A stretch of DNA of 64,000 bases from Eledone cirrhosa (lineage: Eukaryota), in the NCBI GenBank assembly GCA_964016885.1, contig OZ024743.1, positions 217,992,001 through 218,056,000 of the forward strand, in the 5' to 3' direction. The notes beneath the pieces were generated by a model. The model had not been told where the DNA came from and made no database searches. It saw only the letters and a program-made list of their open reading frames with translations. Of the stretch, positions 55,853 through 64,000 are shown piece by piece. Position 1 is the first letter of the stretch. Every line of letters starts with the position of its first letter. The position numbers and the translations under genes were made by a program.

Positions 55853-56216
55853 GACACCTGGACTATAGCTTAAGAGTTAAGAGAAATTTGAAGATAGTTA
55901 TATGATAGGCACCCAATATTTTGAACTGGTCTATAGAATTCTCTTGTCCTTTGTTACTCGAAGTAGAACTTTAAAGAATTAGCTTTTAAAGAATTTCCCT
56001 TTTCTTTAAATCCATCAACCATGACCGACCCCCAACGATCTTATAGACACCTGAAATATAGGCATTGTTAGCTTAAGAGAAACTTAAAAATAAGGAGTGG
56101 CACCCCATTCTGAACTTGTTTATAGAATTCTTTCTGCCTTTGTCACTCTAAATATAAATTATAGCCTTAAAGAATTAGCTATTAATGAATTCCCTTTTCT
56201 TTCAACCAATGACCTT
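55853..56216. repeat. Old tandem duplication, two ~190-bp units
   Basis: gacacctg...ggcacc...gaact..tatagaattct...aaagaattagct...aattcccttttcttt...atgacc occurs twice (starts 55853 and 56047). Confidence 0.7.
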
Positions 56217-56431
56217 TACCCATCCCACTCCCCACCCTCTCCTACCACCTGAAAAGATATAAATACCACAACATTTATTTTTGGAAAGCCAGATTCCTGA
56301 TGATTTCTGAAGCATGAAACAATTCTAGTCCTGTAGAATATCCTATATTAAAACTTTTATACTCTGCTATGTATTGAGTACCTTACTTACTGTGGTTACC
56401 TCCGATTCAACCCGGAATACGTACGTATATA

Positions 56432-56540
<109 letters not shown>

Positions 56541-56675
56541 ACACACATATATATATATATGCGTATGTACTTTAAACATACATAAGTCTCGCTATAAATA
56601 TGTTAAGCTGTGATTATGTCACAGCTTAAAATGCGAGACAGTGGCGTTACTGAGGCACGAAGAAGCAATAACTTA

Positions 56676-56863
56676 TACGAGGCTGGGCTGAAAACTTCAT
56701 AGGTTGACTATGATGGAGTGATGCGAGACCTGTGATATCTTGCATGCATTAATTTCATCTCTTCTTGTTAATAAAGGCATTGTTGCTTTTCGGGGACTTT
56801 GTTGAAAAGGAAACCTCATTCGGTCATTCAATCAGCCTACGAACTTTGCAGCCGACCTTCGTA
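56676..56863 (+). mobile_element. Mariner/Tc1-type MITE, copy 3
   Basis: TA-flanked TIRs tacgaggctgggctgaaaacttcataggttga ... tcagcctacgaactttgcagccgaccttcgta. Confidence 0.8.
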
Positions 56864-57283
56864 TAATCTTAGCATATGGTACATCTGAGACGTTTTTTGT
56901 ATATAGTGCGAGCCTGATATGTTGGTAATAAGTATCAGTAGCATTAACCTAGGGTGTTTCATACTCAAAAGAAAGCATATACAATATTTTTCTTTAGAAC
57001 CTGTAATACGCTGTAGAAATGCATGCCACATGGGCGTTCGCGTAGGGAAAAAAGAAACGCATTCAGGCTTTAGGTAGATGGGCCTATTCGAAAAATATAT
57101 TGCAGCCTCCATCGAACACTGTTAGAACTGGTGATGGGCCTGCGACAAATTCTAAGAGACGCGGGATGAACGCACATAGGTTGCATATCCAGTGACAACA
57201 ATGGAGCAGATCTTAATTAGCAACTGAATATATATATGTGGGGGGGGGTCTTTGTGTATTTGTGTGTGTGTACGTGGGTGCAT

Positions 57284-57378
<95 letters not shown>

Positions 57379-57494
57379 ATGTATGTACAGGGGCGGTGGA
57401 ACTGGAGTGGCCAGCAAAACACACATCTATTTGTATATGCGCTACCATTTATGTACATTTTATGTAGAGACAGATAGGACAGATAGACAAAGAC

Positions 57495-57838
57495 ATAGAT
57501 ATATAGAGAGGGGTATTGGAAGAGAGTTCCGTGTAGTAGATAGAGAGAGGTTTGATGTTAACTGATATAGAGGGGTATTAGGAGAGAGTGTTGTATGGTT
57601 GATATAGAGAGAGGGGAGTTTGTGGGTAAGAAATAGAGTGAGAGGATTTATAGAGTTAGGTATTGATAGCTATACAGAGAGGGAGAGTTTGGTAGTGATA
57701 GATAGAATGAGAGAGAGTGTTGTATGGTAAATATAGAGAAAGGGGTAGTTTGGTGATAATTGATATAGAGAGGGATGTTGGAAGAGAGTTCCGTGTAGTA
57801 GATATAGAGAGGGTGAGAATTAGGTGGTAATTGATATA
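57495..57838. repeat. Degenerate purine-rich minisatellite (gatatagagaggg... units)
   Basis: Repeated gatatagagaggg / gagagttccgtgtagta motifs; resumes at 63529-63572 beyond the LINE. Confidence 0.8.
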
Positions 57839-58079
57839 TATTTCTATTTATTTGCCACCAGGGCATCAAAGATTGGGACAAATACAAAGGGGGGAGTTTA
57901 CATACATCTAAAAAGACGTGTAAAAAAGATATAACAAATTAAATTTAACAATCGATGTCCTCAATAGGGAGGGGCGTTGACATGGGTCGCGCACACCCCC
58001 GAAAAAATGTGCAACCCTCCTCTTCAGGAGCACAAAGAGCGGATGCTTCCTTCCTCTCCTCATTCTTCTCCTCTCTCAC

Positions 58080-61000
58080 CTACAGGCTGATATAGAGAGA
58101 AGGCCCATTCACTCGGGCCATTCTCGCTACTTTCACCCATCTTTCATAAAACTTGCTGGGGTAGAGCACCTCTCTCTCCATTCTGATCCTTCTTCTAAAG
58201 TGGTACTTGAAAAAAAAGACCAGTTGTTGGCCGGAGAGATAGGTGTCTGACCTCAGCCCTTTCAACCTTGTCCACCATACAACTTCTTTCGCCATGGCTA
58301 TCACACAGAGGAAAACCGCCTCTCCTTCGTTTTTGAAAGGGGGAGGCGGTTTGATTGTGACAATGTTCTCGGTGGTCAACCGGATTGGTCCCACCCGCGA
58401 CAGCAGTCGTTCTACATAGCCCCACAGGTCAGCAACGCCCGGGCAGTGTACGAATGCATGTGCGACGGTTTCCTCGTCACGCACGCATCTTGGACAGATC
58501 TTCTTCGAGGGGTCCCTACCCGGGCGCCGGTGTCTGTAGAGCTTGTCCCGAACGGGTAGAGCTCCTCGGTAACATTGCCAAGCCAGGGACTTTTGGAAGT
58601 TGTCCATCGGTCCCGGGCCAAACGTCCTACCGAACAGACTGGCCAGCTCGTCTTCCTCCATGCCCAGAGCCTGTCCGAGAGCGTCGTCGCACTTACTGCG
58701 CACCAACCCTGTATAGAATGTTGAGGTTGAGTCTCCACTGATTGCCGGATCCGCTTGCCAGAGGGCCGTGAGCGCCTGGGCACATTCAATGTGCCAGTCG
58801 CCCATTTTTCTCGGTCTTGATCCAGGATTGCAGCTCGGTGAGTGAGACGAGTCTCGGAAAGGCTCGCCTCACAAACAGGGCCCACACCGGCTGACCGGTG
58901 AGGAATACCTGGAGGTGCCGTAGCCTTAATGCGTGTCTACGCATCGTCAGTCACGGCATCCCCAGCCCTCCGTTCGAAGGGTGTTGACAGCAGATGGATC
59001 TTCTCACCAAAGGAGCCCGCTTCTTCCAAAGAAATCGGAAGAGCGCGCGCTCCATTTTGGCGAGTGTTTTCTCTGGGCAAGGCACGACGGTCAAGCGGTA
59101 GTAGATGACGGACGCTATATAAGCGTTCGCCACCTCCGCTCGACCTTTCAGGGATAGTTTGCACTCGGCCCACTTCTGGGCGAGTGCAAACACCTTGCCC
59201 GTTACCTCGTCCCAGATTTTCTCCACCTGGAGGTCCGGTCCGAACCAGACCCCGAGCAGCTTCACCGGTCCCTCCGTCCAGCGTCCGACGATGCCGCCGG
59301 AGGGCATCGTTTTGCCCCTCCACGTCCCGAGTTGCAAACCGACGGACTTGTCCCGGTTCAGCTTGGCTCCTGTGAACCTTTCATATTCCTCCAGTAAGGT
59401 GCCGATCTGCCCGATTTCCGAGGCGCACGACACCATTACTGTCACGTCATCGGCGTAGGCCGACACCGCTTTCCGCAATCCCGGTTCCAAGGGGATGCCC
59501 TGCAACAGCTCCAGCTTCCGCAGTAGTGGCTCGAGAGCCAGCACATACAGGAGGGAGGAGAGAGGGCATCCCTGTCGAATGGATCGCGTGATTTGGAACG
59601 GCTCCGAGAGGTAGCCGTTCACCTTGACCCTCGAACAGGTGTTGCTGCTGTGCATTGCAGCAATCCAGCCCCTGAAAACGGGTCCGAAGCCTGCCGCCGC
59701 GAGCACCGCATCCAGGTACCGATGGTCAACCCTATCGAACGCTTTAGATTGATCCAAGTTGATCAGGGCCCCACCAAAGCCGGGTTCGTTCCCTACCCTC
59801 TCTACGATGTATCGCATGAGGTGGAGGTTGTCGTGTATGGACCTGGACGGGATTGCGCATGTCTGCGCTTCTCCCACCAGGTTCCCGACGACAAGCGCCA
59901 ACCTCTTCGCTAACACCTTGGCCAAAATCTTTAACTCTGTGTTTAGCAGAGTTATGGGCCTGAAGTTATCTATGTCATCCCCCTTGTTCTCGTCCTTCCT
60001 CACCAGCGTGACTACGCCCTTGGTCACAGAACTGGGAATTCTCCCGTTCTGTTGCCAGTTGCAGTAGACCGCCTCGAGGAGACCGGAGAACAAGCCCGGC
60101 ATCGCTACATAAAGTTCGTATGGTAGACCATCGAGACCCGGAGATTTGCGTTTGCCGCATTGGCTCAGCGCATTCCCTATTTCAGCGGCTGAAATCGGCC
60201 TCTCGCAGGACTTCGCCTCCCCGTCCGAGAGCCGCGCCAGACCGTCGAGGTATGGACCGAAATCCATGGCCCCACCCGGCCCGCCGCCCCACCCGAACAG
60301 TCGTGCAAAGCCCCGTTGAAAGGCCGCGCTCATCCGCTCAGGTTCAAGGTTCACGCGTCCATCCTGGTCCTTCAAAGACCGAATCGTGGACTTGTTTCCG
60401 CTTTTTGCCTCTGTCACTCGGGCCCAGCTAACAGCTTTGGCTCCCTCGTTACCCAGATCACGTATTTTACTCCTGACAACGCAGCCCTCGTGCTTCGCAT
60501 CAAAGAACTGGTCTAGGGCCGTTCTTGACGCCAGCACGCCGGCCACGTTGCCACTGCTAATCGCCTCTTTTACTCTATTTGTTAATTCCCTTTCAGTTCT
60601 ATTCCTATCTGATGCTAATTCCCGACTAAAACCTATCGATTCTATTCTAATTTCTCTCTTGAGAGAGCCCCACCACCTGCTGTTGACAATTGCCCCCGTC
60701 AAACGCTGCTTAACTAGTGTGCTAATCCGCTTACTGTAAGCTTTGTTTGTCGGTAAAGACAAGTTTAGCTTCCAGTAACCGGGTCCCTGTCTATGAGTTC
60801 TATCAAGGTTGACCACTCCGGTCAACAACTTGTGATCCGAATAGTCAACCATGAACATTCGTGGACAGCTTAATATGTCCCTATCCTTATTTCTAACTAG
60901 GAACCTATCTAGGTACGAACTGGATGTTCCACTGCGATTACTCCACGTCCACCGTGGCACAGTCGGAAAATCCAGTCGATATCTATCGGCCAGATCAAAT

Positions 61001-61513
61001 CGGCCGATTAATCGTTTGAGGCTGTTACACCCCCCTCTATCGGGACATGCCCCTACATAGTCCCAACGTGCATCCAGGATACCATTCCAGTCCCCCCACT
61101 AAAAGCAAGGAGCGAGACGTTCCCAGGAAATTCTCCAGGCGTCGGAAGAAGTCTGGTCGCGGTGTCCCCGATGGGGCATACGCTGCCACCAGCCTGAAAG
61201 CTCCACCTTCACCACTGCCGACGTCTAAAACCACCAGTCGACCCTCCGGGTCCAGGTGTACCTTCTGTGTGGCAAGACCCAGGTATTTTTGCAGCAGAAC
61301 GACAACCCCACCCCCACCCCTCGGCTGACAGAGAGATGCGTAGATCTCAAAGTCGTCGAATATGGGGGCCAGTTGGCGCTCGCTGCTGATCCTGGACTCG
61401 CAAATAACCATTACATCCACTCTGTGCGACCTGAGGTCATTTAAGAGTTTGCCCTGTTTCCAGGACATCCCCAAGCCGCGTGCATTCACACATCCAACTC
61501 TTATATTGGCCAT
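58080..61513 (-). pseudogene. LINE ORF2 (APE endonuclease + reverse transcriptase + C-terminal zinc finger), about 3 lesions
   Basis: MANIRVGCVNARGL, YAP, GDWN (frameshift ~61095), YLDRFL, SDH, KSPGLDG, NFRPITLLN, DQSKAFDRVDH, RQGCPLS, AYADD, stop at ~58951, frameshift ~58810, CPRC...ETVAHAFVHC. Confidence 0.93.
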
Positions 61514-61555
61514 GTTGGTGCTGAAGAGGTAAAAAGGAAGAGGAAAGGAAATTAC

Positions 61556-63465
61556 TTACCTCTTCGTCTCCTGGGGGCCAGGCTGCACAATTTCCATGGG
61601 GGTGTTGGAAGGGTTGTTTGGTGGGGTGGTGGTTTGTAGTGGGGTGAGGACATCAGTGTGTGGTGGGATTAGGGTGTTTGGTGGGGTGTGGGTGTCTGGT
61701 GTGGGGGTGGGGAAACATCTCAATAGGACGCTGTTATGTGGTTTGGTGCAGTTGGTCCCCACATGCATTGGATGGTTGTTTTTCAAAGTTACATAGGTTT
61801 CTGTTGGGACCCTAATCATCATTAGGTGCGGTTTGTTCGCTGCGTAGGTGAAAGTGATCCCTTCAGTTTCCACCGAAGGGTTATTTTCTATCGCTTTCAT
61901 CAACGTTTTATTGTTCTTGTTAGTGTATGTATAGAGTTTTTGTTGTGTTGTGTTTGTTTTTGTTTGTTGTTCTTGCGGGTGTTTGCGTTTTATAGTACGT
62001 GTTATGTTTTGGGGAGGGGTGGGCTTTTTTATTTGTGATGTTTGTTCTGTTTGTGCTGGTGGCTGTGTGTTTGTGGCATTTTTGTTAATGTGGTGCCTTT
62101 TTTTTTTCCTTTTCACCTGTTGAAAGGGTTCTCCCTCGTCGTCACTGGGTGACGTTGATACGGAGTCCTCTTCCGTGTTGTTGGGGAGGGGTATATTTTG
62201 GCGTTTTGTTGTGGTTGCTTTTGTATTTGTTTTAGGTGGGGAGGGATTGGGTGGAACAGTGTTTTGTGTTGTTATTTTTCCGTGTTGTTGTTGTGGTGGT
62301 GGTGGTGGTGGTTGTGTTGTTGTGTTCGGGGTTGGCAGAAGAGCCTTTTTTTTTTACTCGTTAATTAAGGACAGGCAGCCCTCAGGTGACCCCTGCTTAA
62401 GCAGTGGAAACATGACGGCCGCCTTCCCTCCACTGAAATGTTTATATAAGTTAGCCCGTCCAGAGGCACGCGTTGTGGGATATTCGCTATTCGTTCTGGG
62501 CTCATTTGCACCAGAACTTCTACTGTGGTCCCACCAAATACACCTCCGGAGCACTTTCCTATTGAAATTATATTGTCTTCGTCCAAGTTTATTATTCCAC
62601 ATAGTATCCACCAAATGTTTACATTTGGTGTGATACTCATTATTTTTATTCTTTTTGTCCTTTTTCCCCTGTATGTGGGGTAAAAGGTGAAGTGGGGGGA
62701 CACAATGGGTGCTATCGAGTACTTTTGAGCTGTTGACTGGTTGTTCATCAGCACCGAAATGCTACCAAACAGTTTACCTTTTTGTATGAAGGTTAAGTCC
62801 TTCATTGCGTCTTTTAGAACCAGCTCAATCTCATTTTGTGATAATTGCGCTGGTTTTCTTGTTACGTTCGATATTGTCCTGAAAACCACAGTTTTAAGGA
62901 CAGCCTCTCTACGTAATTCCTGTGGAGAATTAATGCTAAAAGCACCGTTTTCACCAAAAGTCACAAATTGTTTTGCGTCTTGTAATAGTTGTTTAGCATT
63001 TGTTATGTCTATTGGCGTGTATAGTTCGTTTTTTTTTACGGTCTGTGCAAATGTTGTTTTGGTGTTGTTGTCTTTCGTGTTACTGTCACTGTTGGTAATA
63101 TTGGTGTTGCTATTGTTGCAGTTGTTGGTTGTGGTGTTGTTGTCATTGTTCTTGTTGTTGGTGCTGCTATTATTTGCCGGATTTGCTTTCGCGGTTTCGA
63201 TATTTTCCACGTTTTTCGATGATGCAAGGGGGGATGGCTGCAAGCTTTGCACTCCTACCTTCCCTCCACCACTTTTCTTAGTGGGCGTGGCACTCACGAC
63301 AGTGTGCGAGGTGGAAATGGCATCCATTGCCACCAAGTCTACAGTTTTTAGATGAAAATTGAAAATTTCGCCCCAGATAGGGGCGAAAATTTGTTGACTT
63401 AACGTCTGACGGCCAAGGCAAGGCGCTAAACCAAACAATGTTATTAAATTGATTAATAAACTCAC
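61556..63465 (-). pseudogene. LINE ORF1 (gag-like, CCHC zinc knuckle), interrupted by a stop at ~62365
   Basis: 366-aa ORF ending CFHCLSRGHLRAACP; a low-complexity K/T/P-rich continuation runs to 61556, just before ORF2. Confidence 0.8.
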
Positions 63466-64000
63466 AGTTCTTTTTTACAACAATCCGCAAAAATCCGGAG
63501 CAAAGTAAATCACGTCTATATCAAGTGTTAATTGATATAGAGAGGGAGATTGGAACAGAGTTCCGTGTAGTAATGTAGGTTTTGGTAGTTTCACCCCAAA
63601 CTACTAAAACACACATTTATTCTGACAGTTTTAGAGTACAAAGAGCTAAACCATATGTGCAACATATTCCATTGGTGGATCACTTTTGAACATTGGAACA
63701 ACTATTTGGGCCAATCACTGTCAGAAATATGTAATCTAATGAAAACCACAACTTCTTTCCATAACATGGAACTTGGATATTATAACACACACAACTCAGT
63801 GAAACCCTTTAGTTTAGGTAAACTAACAGAAAATTGTATTACGGATACGAAAAAAATTCTAAATAACACTACAAAGTAAACATTTAAAACGGTCATCGCG
63901 GACCACTCTGACTGGTGATGTAATTGCTGTCAGCAAGACCAGGATTTCCGACACGGGCGCACTAGCCCCCATTTTCGACGACTATCAGATCTTCGCATCT

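Larger units (their letters stand above)
57839..63528 (-). mobile_element. Full-length Tx1/L1-clade LINE with an 11-bp TSD
   Basis: ORF1 with CCHC knuckle; ORF2 APE-RT-zinc finger; A-rich 3' end (aaataaatagaaa on -); TAATTGATATA at 57828-57838 and 63529-63539. Confidence 0.92.

Noticed and set aside
62741-63355. 204-aa hydrophobic plus-strand ORF
   Set aside because: Antisense shadow of LINE ORF1.

Overview
Eukaryotic, very AT-rich, microsatellite-dense DNA with no intact host protein-coding gene that I can recognise. The repeat repertoire (tRNA-derived SINEs, huge TA/CA/TATG arrays) looks cephalopod/octopus-like, which is an inference. Most ORF-track entries are microsatellite artefacts. 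Supported content: one tRNA-Ile(AAT) gene with a non-autonomous Helitron 27 bp upstream; many SINEs; three mariner-type MITEs; two head-to-tail R4/Dong-clade retrotransposons set in (TATG)n arrays; a CRE-clade endonuclease fragment; a decayed hAT (hATm-like) transposon; Penelope-like elements (PLEs); and a nearly intact full-length Tx1/L1-clade LINE. The most notable signal, read by eye, is a cluster of about nine type-I hammerhead ribozyme (HHR) motifs from about six unrelated sequence families between 41.4 and 54.5 kb. It includes retrozyme-like tandem units of 316 and 518 nt, U3-A8 core variants, and element ends that fall at or next to predicted self-cleavage sites. No folding, HMM or database search was run, and SINE boundaries are approximate.
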